Source: Terriglobia bacterium
GTDB taxonomy: Bacteria; Acidobacteriota; Terriglobia; Acidiferrales; UBA7541
Direction: 5' to 3'
NCBI GenBank assembly: GCA_963695545.1
Contig: OY968796.1
Location: 480,001 to 544,000 of the forward strand
Length of the DNA stretch: 64,000 bases
The translations under genes and the position numbers were made by a program. Every line of letters begins with the position of its first letter. Within the stretch, counting starts at the first letter, position 1. Under the pieces are notes generated by a model, which was given only the letters and a program-made list of their open reading frames with translations, did no database searches and was not told the DNA's origin. Shown in pieces: positions 29,186 to 38,532 of the stretch.

Positions 29186-30354
29186 AGATCACCGAAGTCC
29201 GCACGCGCGTGGTCGAATGGACCGGCGCGACGGTTCCGCCCCAGCCGCACTTTTGCACCAACGCCGTCGACTTGCTCTCTCTTCCCGCCGATTCCATGGC
29301 CGGGTTTCGCTTCCACGGCTGGCTCGTAGTGGAAATTTCGACCGACGCGGGCCACGTCGGTATCGGCAACGCCGCGCTCGCGCCGCGCCTCACCAAGCAA
29401 GCCATCGATCTTTATCTCAAGCCGCTGCTGACCGGCAAGGATCCCTTCGATACCGAATTCTTGTGGCAATTGATGTACCGGCAGACCATGGCGTTCGGCC
29501 GCAAAGGCGTCGGCATGGTCGCCATCAGCGCCGTGGATATCGCGCTGTGGGACATTCTTGGAAAAGCCACAAAACAGCCGGTGTTTCGCCTGCTCGGCGG
29601 ACGCACCAAGCCCCGAATCCCCGTCTACGCCAGCCGCCTCTACAGTCAGGATTTGAAATCGCTCGCCGCCGAAGCCGATAGATACAAGCACGAAGGTTTT
29701 CGCGCGATGAAGTTGCGATTCGGCTGGGGCCCCGTGGACGGCGCCGAAGGCATGCAAAAAAATATTGCCTTAGTGCGCACCGTGCGCGAAACCATCGGCG
29801 ACGATATCGACTTGATGGCCGACGCCTACATGGGCTGGACGCTCGATTACGCGCGAAGAATGATTCCCCTGCTCGAACCGTTTCACCTTCGCTGGCTCGA
29901 AGAGCCCGTGATCGCCGACGACATCCACGGCTACGCCGCGCTAAAAGCCATGAACCGCATCCCCATCGCCGGTGGCGAACACGAATTCACACTCTACGGT
30001 TTTCGCGATCTGCTCGAAGCCAAAGCGCTCGACGTCATTCAGTTCGATACCAATCGCGTCGGCGGCATCACCCAAGCGCGAAAAATTGCCGCGCTCGCCG
30101 AAGCGCATTCGGTGACGGTGGTGCCGCACGCCGGACAAATGCACAATTTTCACGTGGTCATGGCCAGCTTGAATTCGCCCATGGCCGAATATTTCCCGCC
30201 CGTCGACGTCGAAATCGGCAACGAATTGTTCTGGTACATTTTTGATGGCGAGCCCAAAGCCGTCGGCGGTTTCATCGACCTGCGCGATGATTTGCCCGGC
30301 CTCGGCCTCACCATACGCGAAGCCGAGCTCAAGCGCTTCCGAGTGATTGAATAG
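29182..30354 (+). CDS. Mandelate racemase/enolase-superfamily acid-sugar dehydratase (L-rhamnonate dehydratase-like)
   Basis: ATGA overlap; SAVDIALWD, AMKLR, LMADAYMG, WLEEP, AGGEH, VPH. Confidence 0.85.
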   Translation: MKITEVRTRVVEWTGATVPPQPHFCTNAVDLLSLPADSMAGFRFHGWLVVEISTDAGHVGIGNAALAPRLTKQAIDLYLKPLLTGKDPFDTEFLWQLMYRQTMAFGRKGVGMVAISAVDIALWDILGKATKQPVFRLLGGRTKPRIPVYASRLYSQDLKSLAAEADRYKHEGFRAMKLRFGWGPVDGAEGMQKNIALVRTVRETIGDDIDLMADAYMGWTLDYARRMIPLLEPFHLRWLEEPVIADDIHGYAALKAMNRIPIAGGEHEFTLYGFRDLLEAKALDVIQFDTNRVGGITQARKIAALAEAHSVTVVPHAGQMHNFHVVMASLNSPMAEYFPPVDVEIGNELFWYIFDGEPKAVGGFIDLRDDLPGLGLTIREAELKRFRVIE

Positions 30355-30393
30355 AGCGATCGCATAGCACTCAAATAGAAAGCGAGGCCGCCG

Positions 30394-31272
30394 TTGCCAT
30401 CTCCAAAATCGAGTCTCGAATCGCTGGGCTTGCCTTCCTCGGACACCAAAGAATTCGCATCTCCCGTCCGGTTTCCGACCGGCGAAGCCTATCGCATCGA
30501 AATTCCCAGCACCGAAGGACCGAAAGCGCTGCGCGCCGTCATCGACGAAGCCAAGGCGCGTAAAGTGCGCGTGCACCGCGTCAGCCAGGGCAGCGGAATG
30601 ATGATGCTCAGCGCGGAAGAAATTTCCGAGATGGTCGCGCTCGGCCGCCAGGAGCACATCGAAGTGAATTTATTCGTCGGCCCGCGCGCCACATTCGACA
30701 TCGGCGCTCAAGTCGTCGCGCCTGCCGGGCGCAGCCTCGGCCTCAGCCTTCGCGGCGCCGATCAACTCGCGTTCGCGCTCGCCGATATCCGCCGCGCCGT
30801 CGATCTCGGCATTCGCAGCGTGCTGATTTCAGACATCGGTCTGATTTCGATCGTCGGAAAATTGCGCGCCAAAGGCGACCTGCCCGGCGATCTCATCATT
30901 AAAACTTCCGTGATGATGGCGCCCTGCAATCCGGCGAGCGCGCTCTTGCTCGAAGATCTCGGCGCGACCACCATCAACATCCCTTCCGATCTCACCATCG
31001 CGCAGATCGCCACCATCCGTCAGGCGATCACCGCGCCCATCGACTTCTACATCGAAGCGCCGGACAACATCGGCGGTTTTGTCCGCACCTACGAAATTCC
31101 GGAAATTATTCGCGTAGCCGCGCCCGTCTATCTCAAATTCGGCCTGCGGAATTCGCCGGATATTTATCCCAGCGGCCTGCATCTCGAAGCCACGGCTATC
31201 GCGATGTCTCGCGAGCGCGTGCGCCGCGCGCAAATCGCGCTCGAAATTCTGAATTCAACTCCACATGCCTGA
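30394..31272 (+). CDS. Peptidase U32-like (TIM-barrel) protein of unknown function
   Basis: YRIEIPSTEGP, HRVSQGSG, GIRSVLISDIG, KTSV…NPAS, VYLKFGLRN; recalled family pattern; TTG start tentative. Confidence 0.65.
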   Translation: MPSPKSSLESLGLPSSDTKEFASPVRFPTGEAYRIEIPSTEGPKALRAVIDEAKARKVRVHRVSQGSGMMMLSAEEISEMVALGRQEHIEVNLFVGPRATFDIGAQVVAPAGRSLGLSLRGADQLAFALADIRRAVDLGIRSVLISDIGLISIVGKLRAKGDLPGDLIIKTSVMMAPCNPASALLLEDLGATTINIPSDLTIAQIATIRQAITAPIDFYIEAPDNIGGFVRTYEIPEIIRVAAPVYLKFGLRNSPDIYPSGLHLEATAIAMSRERVRRAQIALEILNSTPHA

Positions 31273-31324
31273 AATTGTTCCGGCAGGCTCTCGCGCAGCT
31301 CGCCCGGCGCAGCTCGCAGCGGCC

Positions 31325-32218
31325 TCACGCCTTCGCGCGAGACTCCGGCGAAAGACCGCGCAAGTATTCCGTGATGGCCGAAAGGTCCGACGACGCAAAT
31401 CCGTTCTCCGCAGCGGCGCGAAATAAATCGCGCGCCAGCGCCGCCGTGCGCAGATCGAGCGCATGCCGCCGGCCTTCCTCCACCGCATAGGTCAGATCCT
31501 TTTGCATCAAGCCCAAATAAAAGTGCACGCTGGTATCGTGTGCCGCAACGCGCCCCGCCACGTTCTTCACCAACCCGCTGCCCGGCGCGCCATTCACCAG
31601 GATCGGCAGTGCCTTATCCAAATCGAGCCCCGATTTATCCAGCAGCGCGAGCGCCTCGCCAAATGCCGCGGCCTGCACGCCGCACAGAAAATTATTCACC
31701 AGTTTCACCGTGGCCCCGCTTCCCAGCGGACCGATGTGCGCGATTTCCGTCCCCATCGCGCGCAACAGCGGCGTGGCGCGCTCCACGTCTTTCGCGTCCC
31801 CGCCGATCATGAATTTCAGTTCGCCGCTCGCCGCGTGCACGCGGCTGCCGTTGACCGGCGCATCGATCAGCGTCGAACCGTGCGCCCGCGCCGCGGCGCC
31901 CAGTTCGCGCACCCAAACCGGCGACACCGTGCTCGATTCGATCAACAGCGCGCCCGGCGCAAGACCCGCTAACGCGCCATTTTCTCCGAGCCAAACTTCG
32001 CGCGAGGCCTTATCGTCGCTCAACATGCTGATCACGCACGTAGCGTCGCGCACGGCGTCGCGCGGCGTCGCGCCCACGCGCACACCGGATGAGCGCAGTC
32101 CATCCGCGCGCGACGCCGTGCGATTCCAAACCGCCAGCGGAAATCCCGCCTGTGCCACGCGCCCCGCCATCCCCAATCCCATCGTCCCCAATCCCAAAAT
32201 CGCCACGTGCTCGCTCAT
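31325..32218 (-). CDS. NAD(P)-dependent 3-hydroxyacid dehydrogenase (HIBADH/tartronate semialdehyde reductase family)
   Basis: GLGTMG, WNRT, ESSTVSP, DAPVNG, KLVNN, MQKDL. Confidence 0.9.
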   Translation of the reverse strand: MSEHVAILGLGTMGLGMAGRVAQAGFPLAVWNRTASRADGLRSSGVRVGATPRDAVRDATCVISMLSDDKASREVWLGENGALAGLAPGALLIESSTVSPVWVRELGAAARAHGSTLIDAPVNGSRVHAASGELKFMIGGDAKDVERATPLLRAMGTEIAHIGPLGSGATVKLVNNFLCGVQAAAFGEALALLDKSGLDLDKALPILVNGAPGSGLVKNVAGRVAAHDTSVHFYLGLMQKDLTYAVEEGRRHALDLRTAALARDLFRAAAENGFASSDLSAITEYLRGLSPESRAKA

Positions 32219-32408
32219 CTCAATCGTCTCCCGCACATCCTCAAGATTATTTGCGTCGGCGCTCGCTCGCCGTTGCACTTAAACGCGCACCATAATCGCA
32301 GCAATCGTAGCACGCGCGCCCGAGCGCGACGCAAACGCGCCCCGCATCTTCTGATTTCACACATTAAAATGAAGCGTGAGGTCTTGTTCTCGGCCGCGCT
32401 GCGCTGTT

Positions 32409-34535
32409 TTATTTCGTCGCCGCGACCGTATCCGCCAGCACTTCGACGCCGTATGGCGCGAGATCGAGCGAATCCCCTTGCGTTCCGGCGAGCAGGAAAT
32501 TCATCGCGTGCGGCAGTGTGACGTGCCGCGTCTCCGCCGCCCAATTAATCAAAATATAGAATTGCTTCCCGCCGCCGGAGCGCGGGCAGACTTCGATCCC
32601 ATCCGGCACGGGCCCGAGCGCCGGCGTCACGCCGCTCTGCTGCGCCATCCACTGCGCCGCCGCCGTCATCAACGTGTTGTCGAGCACCGCGCCGATATAT
32701 GTGATCGTGCCCTTGCCGACCGTGCGCGTGATCACCGCCGGCTGCCCATCGAGCCATCCATTGCTCTTGCCATAACGCATCAGCACTTGCGTATCCGGCG
32801 CCGACGCGCTCAATTGCTCCGCCCACAGCGTCGCGTTTCCGTTGCCGAAACTCCCCGTCACCGGCACATCGTTCAAGAGCGCGTAATACTGCTCCACGCG
32901 CCCGCCCAGCGCATCCACCAAATATCCCGGCTGCCGCTGCGTAAGCAGCGCGTTAAATTGATCCTTCATTCCCGAGCGCGGCCCGAGCACCAGATGCCCG
33001 CCGTTCTTCACGTAATCGAGCAAATGCTGCGCCATGTCCTGCGGCATCACGTTCAACCAAGGCGCCACCACCAATTTATATCCATCAAGGTCCGCGTAGG
33101 GATTCACCACGTCCACGCTTTGCGAAATCTGCCGCAGCGCGTGGTAATACCCGGTCATCACCACGATCGGATCGAAATCCGCATTGTGCCGCTGAAAATT
33201 CACAGCCCAGCGGCTGTCGTAGGACTGCAACAGCGCAACTTGCGACACCGGAGCGGTCCCCGCAAGTTGCGTGCCGATGGTCGCAAAATCCTTCCCGATT
33301 TCCGAGATCTCGTCGTAGAGCGGCACCGGCGTGCCGTCAGGCCCCACGATCGTGCCGTGATATTGCTCCTGCCCATTCAGCGCGCTGCGCCACTGCCAGT
33401 AACCCACCTCGTCCGCGCCGTGCCCCACGTCCTCCCAGGCCATCGCGCGCACTTCGCCGCGATTCAGAAAATTGTTGATGCGCGCCCAATTCACCGCGCC
33501 CGGCTGTGTTTCGATCACCCAGAAATTTCGGCGCTTGAATCCGCGCGTCAGATCGTGCGCCAGTCCTTTTGCATCCACATCCACGTGCCCTTCGCCCACG
33601 TAGTTGTCCCACGCCGCGAGCGTTAGCGGCACGCTCATGATGTAATGATCGAAGCCGTCGAAAAATCCCATGAAATTCGTGGTGATGAATTGCCGCGGAT
33701 CGGAGTGCGCGCGAATCGCGTCGATCTGCGCTCGCTGGAAAATGTCCCATTCGGCCGTGGCGAAACGGTTCCAATCGAGCCGCAGCCCCGGATTCTCATT
33801 CCCGATCGGCAGCGGAACTTCCGACCACTGATCGTACGTCTGGCTCCAATACGAAGTCGTCCAGTGATCGTTCAAGCTCTCGAGCGTTTTGTATTTCGCT
33901 TCGAGCCAGGCGTGGAATTTCTCGCGCGTCACATCGTCATAGGAAATCGAATGGTAGCCGCCGTATTCATTGTCGATCTGCCAGCCCACCACATCGGCGT
34001 TGTGGCCATAGTGCAGCGCCATCTGCTCCGCCATCTCGCGCGAGAACCGAATGTAAACTGGCGACGTCACCGATCCCTGCGCGCGCGTCCCGTGCGTCAT
34101 CTTCTGCCCGTCTTCGAGCGTGCGCAGCGTCTCCGGATATTTCGTCGTCAGCCACGCCGGCGGCGCCGCCGATGGCGTGCCCAGCACCACCCAAATGTGA
34201 TGCGCCGCTGCCGCCGCGATCGCGCGATCCAGCCAGCCGAATTCGTAGTGCCCCTCCGACGGCTCCATCGTGCTCCACGCAAATTCCGTGATGCGCACCA
34301 CGTGAATGTGCGCCGCTTCCATCAACTGCAAATCCGCGTCCCAGCGCGATTCCGGCCATTGTTCCGGATACCAATCCGTCCCCAGCAGCAGCGGCATCGC
34401 GCCCACGGCCTTAACCGCAGCCGCGTCCGTGTCGCTCGCGGCCATTGGCGATTGCTGAGCGCCGCTAACGCCCTTCGCAAATAGCGCGACGCAGCACACA
34501 CCTACAAAACAAAACATTCGGCGAAGAAACAACAC
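32409..34535 (-). CDS. Exported beta-galactosidase, GH42
   Basis: GGGAGG RBS + GTG; GTDWYPEQW, EFAWS…EP, WQIDNE, FWVIETQPG, WQWR…EQYH. Confidence 0.92.
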   Translation of the reverse strand: MLFLRRMFCFVGVCCVALFAKGVSGAQQSPMAASDTDAAAVKAVGAMPLLLGTDWYPEQWPESRWDADLQLMEAAHIHVVRITEFAWSTMEPSEGHYEFGWLDRAIAAAAAHHIWVVLGTPSAAPPAWLTTKYPETLRTLEDGQKMTHGTRAQGSVTSPVYIRFSREMAEQMALHYGHNADVVGWQIDNEYGGYHSISYDDVTREKFHAWLEAKYKTLESLNDHWTTSYWSQTYDQWSEVPLPIGNENPGLRLDWNRFATAEWDIFQRAQIDAIRAHSDPRQFITTNFMGFFDGFDHYIMSVPLTLAAWDNYVGEGHVDVDAKGLAHDLTRGFKRRNFWVIETQPGAVNWARINNFLNRGEVRAMAWEDVGHGADEVGYWQWRSALNGQEQYHGTIVGPDGTPVPLYDEISEIGKDFATIGTQLAGTAPVSQVALLQSYDSRWAVNFQRHNADFDPIVVMTGYYHALRQISQSVDVVNPYADLDGYKLVVAPWLNVMPQDMAQHLLDYVKNGGHLVLGPRSGMKDQFNALLTQRQPGYLVDALGGRVEQYYALLNDVPVTGSFGNGNATLWAEQLSASAPDTQVLMRYGKSNGWLDGQPAVITRTVGKGTITYIGAVLDNTLMTAAAQWMAQQSGVTPALGPVPDGIEVCPRSGGGKQFYILINWAAETRHVTLPHAMNFLLAGTQGDSLDLAPYGVEVLADTVAATK

Positions 34536-34732
34536 AGAACCCTCCCGCGGCAGCGCCACGAATCCAGTCGGCGCGAGTGCGACTACATCACTCCGCCCAC
34601 CGCTTGTCAACAAACCGGCGACAACATCGTCGAGCGACTCGCTCCCGACGCGACCCATCGCAGGCCGCGCGCGGAGGCCGGCACACCCTTGAATTTGCGA
34701 GAATATTTTCCGCCTGAGCCCGGATTCCGGGA

Positions 34733-35056
34733 CTACGCTCGCCGAGCCTTCACGTCCGCCACGCGAATGATAACGCGCTTTCCAAGCGCCTTGGCTGCCC
34801 GAGTGATTGTGTCGAGAGTTACGGAAACGTTCCGAGGATCCAGCAGGCGATCCAGTTGCGACCGGCTCGTGCGAAGCTGCCTTGCCATGGCCTGCTTGGT
34901 TTTTTGTTGCGCTCGCATGGCTTGCGATAACTGCCAAGCCAGCACCCGCTTGATAGCGACGGCCTCGACTTCCTCGCGGATCCCTTCCTCTTCGAGAAAA
35001 CTGTCGAATGTCGAACCACTGTGAGTCGTTCTCTTACGATCCTTCCGAGCGCTCAT
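34733..35056 (-). CDS. HTH antitoxin (XRE/Fis-like, HigA-type)
   Basis: HSGSTFDSFLEEEG, AIKRVLAWQL, TSRSQLDRLLDP; ATGA overlap with toxin. Confidence 0.85.
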   Translation of the reverse strand: MSARKDRKRTTHSGSTFDSFLEEEGIREEVEAVAIKRVLAWQLSQAMRAQQKTKQAMARQLRTSRSQLDRLLDPRNVSVTLDTITRAAKALGKRVIIRVADVKARRA

Positions 35057-35469
35057 GGCAGTCCCCTTTGATGCTTCTTCTTGTTGGCTCTTGCCTGCTC
35101 TAAGTCTTCGTCCGGGGTCTTCTGTGTCTTCTTGATGAATCCGTGCAGCAAGACCATCCGGTCTTTCTTGTCGATATAGAAAAGGACCCGCGCAATCCGA
35201 TTTTGCATGAGCCTGGTCCGCACTTCATAAATGCCTTCGCCCAACGGTCTGCATGCGGGCATCCCCACCGGCCAGCCGAACTCGACCGCCTTGATATCCT
35301 CGCCAATCCGCTTCCGATCCTCGACCGAGGGAAGCCCCCTCAGCCAATCCCGCAGCGGCTCGCCGCCCGCCCCAGTCCGAAAAAAGATCGCAGGAACCCG
35401 TTTCCCTTGCTTTGCAAGCGTTTCTGTCCAGGCGCCCGTCTCCGCCGGAGATCTGGGTTTCCTGCCCAT
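35053..35469 (-). CDS. RelE/HigB-like toxin (Gp49/DUF891-like)
   Basis: EPLRDWL, GWPVGMP, GIYEVRT, ARVLF, LLHGFIKKTQKTP; ATG 35469 lies 6 nt after TGgTACGCT. Confidence 0.85.
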   Translation of the reverse strand: MGRKPRSPAETGAWTETLAKQGKRVPAIFFRTGAGGEPLRDWLRGLPSVEDRKRIGEDIKAVEFGWPVGMPACRPLGEGIYEVRTRLMQNRIARVLFYIDKKDRMVLLHGFIKKTQKTPDEDLEQARANKKKHQRGLP

Positions 35470-35475
35470 ATAACA

Positions 35476-35494
35476 AGCGTACCACATACGGTAC
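35476..35494 (-). promoter_or_regulatory. Extended -10 and overlapping palindromic operator of the RelE/HigA operon
   Basis: GTACC-ACATAC-GGTAC at 35479-35494; minus-strand TGgTACGCT at 35484-35476. Confidence 0.6.
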
Positions 35495-35692
35495 ACCTTG
35501 CGCGTGAAGTTCCCTTGCCGGATGTCTCATTCTTGCGCGCGGAGCAAGAGCGGGGATTTTTCCAGCCGCCATCGCCGCGAACGCCCGCGGCTCCCCCTCA
35601 GGTAGGCGCGCATCTCGTTGTCCGAACTGGACTTCGCCTCCCGCCATTCGAAAGAATTCCCACAGCCTATTCGAATAACCCACACGTTATTG

Positions 35693-35722
35693 TTGACATA
35701 AGCGGCATAGACATGCTATCGT
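35693..35722 (+). promoter_or_regulatory. sigma70-type promoter, copy 1
   Basis: TTGACA (35693-98), 18 nt, TATCGT (35717-22) preceded by TGc; ATG at 35728. Confidence 0.6.
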
Positions 35723-35727
35723 TGTAC

Positions 35728-36288
35728 ATGAATTTCAGGGGCCCACATTCGCCCTCGTTTTTCCCACCGGCATCCCCAGAGAAACTCGCGCGCACGAATT
35801 TTCGATGTGCACTGCCCGAGCCTCTCTCCGCCCGTCGTGCATGGCCTTCCCACCATAATCGGATCGTTGCGACCGATGCGCATTCACTGCTGCCAAACCC
35901 CCTCTCCAAACCTTTTATTTTCAGCGAATTAAAAAAGAGTGCGCATCTCGCTCATAATAAACATCTTTATCACCTTTTCTTTTCACACTCATCCGCACTC
36001 TTTCGCCGCAAGTCCTGTATTTGCCGCACTTACGCAAAACATACCCGGGGTGTATATACTCGTTTTGTCCTCAATCCGTCCGCCGACCACCGCCAAAACG
36101 CCGAAGGCCCGCAAAATCAGCGAGTTCGCGCAATTTTGAATGAAACACATCGGAATCTTGCGGGCTCGGCCGAGTGCATCGCCCGCGCGCTGAGTGCTAG
36201 CATGGATTGTGGAGGAAAGTCTTCCGATGCCACGACGCCGGCTAGACAACACTCGAACAATGCCAGGATTAGGACCTGGCGGTTATGA
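35728..36288 (+). other. Leaderless repeat-containing ORF/element, copy 1 (coding status uncertain)
   Basis: Open frame through an AT-rich repeat region, ending in an ATGA overlap with the HAD gene. Confidence 0.35.
35908..36127 (+). repeat. Degenerate ~24-bp direct repeats plus a 10-bp inverted repeat
   Basis: ACCTTTT(A/C)TTTTCA at 35910 and 35972; related units at 36010 and 36104; AAAGAGTGCG (35934-43)/CGCACTCTTT (35994-36003). Confidence 0.6.
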
Positions 36289-37112
36289 CCAACGGATACC
36301 TGATCGATATGGACGGCGTGATCTACCGCGGCTCGGAAGCCATCCCGGGCGCCGCGGATTTCATTCGCTATTTGCAGCTTGAAGATATTCCCTACCTGTT
36401 TCTCACCAACAATTCCAGCTACATGCCCCTCGATGTGGTTCACAAGCTGCGCAAATTTCACATCGAGACGTCCGAACATCACGTCTACACCTCCGCCCTG
36501 GCCACCGCCGATTTCGTGCACAAGCAGCGGCCGCACGGCACGGCCTTCGTCATCGGCGAAGGCGGCTTGCTCAAGGCCCTGAACGACGTCGGCTACGCCA
36601 TCAGCCGCGAAAATCCCGATTACGTGATCGTTGGCGAAGGCCGCACCCTGAATTTTGAGCTCGTCGAACAGGCGCATCGCATGATCGCCCGCGGCGCGAA
36701 ACTTCTTTCCACCAATTCAGACACCTGGTGCCCCACCGACTCCGGACCGCGCCCCGGCTGCGGCGCCATCGTTGCGCTGCTCGAATCCGCCTCGGGCGAA
36801 AAGGCCTATCACGTCGGCAAGCCGAATCCCTTCATGATGCGCGCCGCGCGAAAACGCATCGGTCTGCGCACTGAAGAAGTCACCATGATCGGCGACACCA
36901 TGGAAACCGATATTCGCGGCGCCACCGATCTCGGCTTCCAAAGCATCCTCGTGCTCACCGGCTCCAGCACGCGCGACACGCTGAAGTCCTATCCCTTCAC
37001 GCCAACCCGCGTCGTCGAATCGATCGCGGAGCTGTTGCCGCCGGCGTCGCGTTCCCTTGTCGCCGAGCTCAGCATCGCGTTCGATGTCCGCCGCGGCGCT
37101 CAACTCGAATAA
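36285..37112 (+). CDS. HAD-IIA phosphatase (NagD-like)
   Basis: LIDMDGVIY, LTNNS, TNSD, VGKP, IGDTMETDI, LVLTG. Confidence 0.92.
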   Translation: MTNGYLIDMDGVIYRGSEAIPGAADFIRYLQLEDIPYLFLTNNSSYMPLDVVHKLRKFHIETSEHHVYTSALATADFVHKQRPHGTAFVIGEGGLLKALNDVGYAISRENPDYVIVGEGRTLNFELVEQAHRMIARGAKLLSTNSDTWCPTDSGPRPGCGAIVALLESASGEKAYHVGKPNPFMMRAARKRIGLRTEEVTMIGDTMETDIRGATDLGFQSILVLTGSSTRDTLKSYPFTPTRVVESIAELLPPASRSLVAELSIAFDVRRGAQLE

Positions 37113-37177
37113 ACGTTCGGCGCGCCGGCCGAATCTTGCGGCTTTTCTCCGGTGCGCAACGGTGAGAGAATTCGCGC

Positions 37178-38461
37178 GTGCAACCCCGCGCCACGTTCGC
37201 GCTTGCGCTCGCCGCGATTTCGATTCTCGCGGTCGAAGCGCCTCTTTCTCTTCGCGCGCAGAGCGCAACGGCAATGTCGCCTGCGCCGTCCGCCGCCGTC
37301 GCACAACCAGCGGCGATTGGGCCGCGCGTCTTCCGCACACCGCCTGCGACGCTCGCCGCGCTGCGCGAGCGCATCGCCGCCGGAAATTTCAGCGATCCCG
37401 CGCTCGATCAATTGCGCGCCGACGCCGATCGCGCGCTCGCCCAAGCGCCGCTCTCCGTCATCGACAAGCAGATCGCTCCGCCCAGCGGCGACAAACACGA
37501 TTACATGACCCTCGCTCCCTACTGGTGGCCCGATCCCTCGAAGCCCGACGGCCTGCCCTACATTCGCCGCGACGGCCAAACCAATCCAGAGATCCACAAA
37601 ATTCCCGATCATCAGAGTTTCGATACTCTAACTTCCTCCGCTTACGATCTCGCGCTCGCCTACTACTTGTTTCGCGACGAATCCTACGCCACGCACGCCG
37701 AACTCCTCCTGCGCGCGTGGTTCCTCGATCCCGCCACGCGCATGAATCCGAATCTGCAATATGCGCAAGCCGTTCGTGGCGTCAACGAAGGCCGCGGCAC
37801 CGGCCTGATCGAAACGCGCGATTTGGGCCGCGTTTGCGACGCCGTCGGTCTTCTGGCCGGATCGAAAGCCTGGACCGCTGCCGACGATTCCGGCCTGCAC
37901 GATTGGTTCGCGAAATTTCTCGATTGGATGCGCACAAGCCAGAACGGCAAGGACGAAGCCGCGGCCACCAACAATCACGGCACGTATTACGACGTGCAGG
38001 TCACCACATTCGCGCTGTTCGTTGGCGACACCGACTTTGCGAAACAAGTATTGAGCGACGCGCGCACCAAACGCATCGCTGTGCAAATTTCATCCGACGG
38101 CAAGCAGCCGCTCGAACTCGTGCGCACCAAATCGCTCGGCTACAGCACCATGAATTTGACCGGACTCTTCGAGCTTGCGCGCCTCGGCGATCGCGCCGGC
38201 GTCGATCTCTGGACGTACGAATCGCCCCAAGGCGGCAGCATCCGCAAAGCGCTCGATTATCTGCTGCCCTTCGTCGACGGCGACAAGAAGTGGCCCGATG
38301 CGCAAATTATAGATTTCGACGCGCACGAATTCACGCCGCTGCTGCTGATCGCCAGCGAAAAATACGGCGACCCTCATTATCGGGAAGTGGCATTGAAGAT
38401 CGATCCCGGCGTCGTTCGCGACGTCGACGCTTTCCTGGTTTCTTGGAAGCCCGCGCCGTAA
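37178..38461 (+). CDS. Exported alginate lyase-family polysaccharide lyase
   Basis: Signal peptide; HDYMTLAPYWWP, RDGQTNP, MNPNLQYAQ, NNHGTYY, QPLELVRT. Confidence 0.85.
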   Translation: MQPRATFALALAAISILAVEAPLSLRAQSATAMSPAPSAAVAQPAAIGPRVFRTPPATLAALRERIAAGNFSDPALDQLRADADRALAQAPLSVIDKQIAPPSGDKHDYMTLAPYWWPDPSKPDGLPYIRRDGQTNPEIHKIPDHQSFDTLTSSAYDLALAYYLFRDESYATHAELLLRAWFLDPATRMNPNLQYAQAVRGVNEGRGTGLIETRDLGRVCDAVGLLAGSKAWTAADDSGLHDWFAKFLDWMRTSQNGKDEAAATNNHGTYYDVQVTTFALFVGDTDFAKQVLSDARTKRIAVQISSDGKQPLELVRTKSLGYSTMNLTGLFELARLGDRAGVDLWTYESPQGGSIRKALDYLLPFVDGDKKWPDAQIIDFDAHEFTPLLLIASEKYGDPHYREVALKIDPGVVRDVDAFLVSWKPAP

Positions 38462-38532
38462 TCCCGTTCGCGCGTTCCGCAATTTCGCTTCGCGCCGGCA
38501 ACGGCCCACCCGATTGCGGACGCTCAGATTTC

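Noticed and set aside
34536..34937. N-terminal extension of GH42 given in the ORF track
   Set aside because: It overlaps the antitoxin gene; the RBS and signal peptide point to a start at 34535 or 34517
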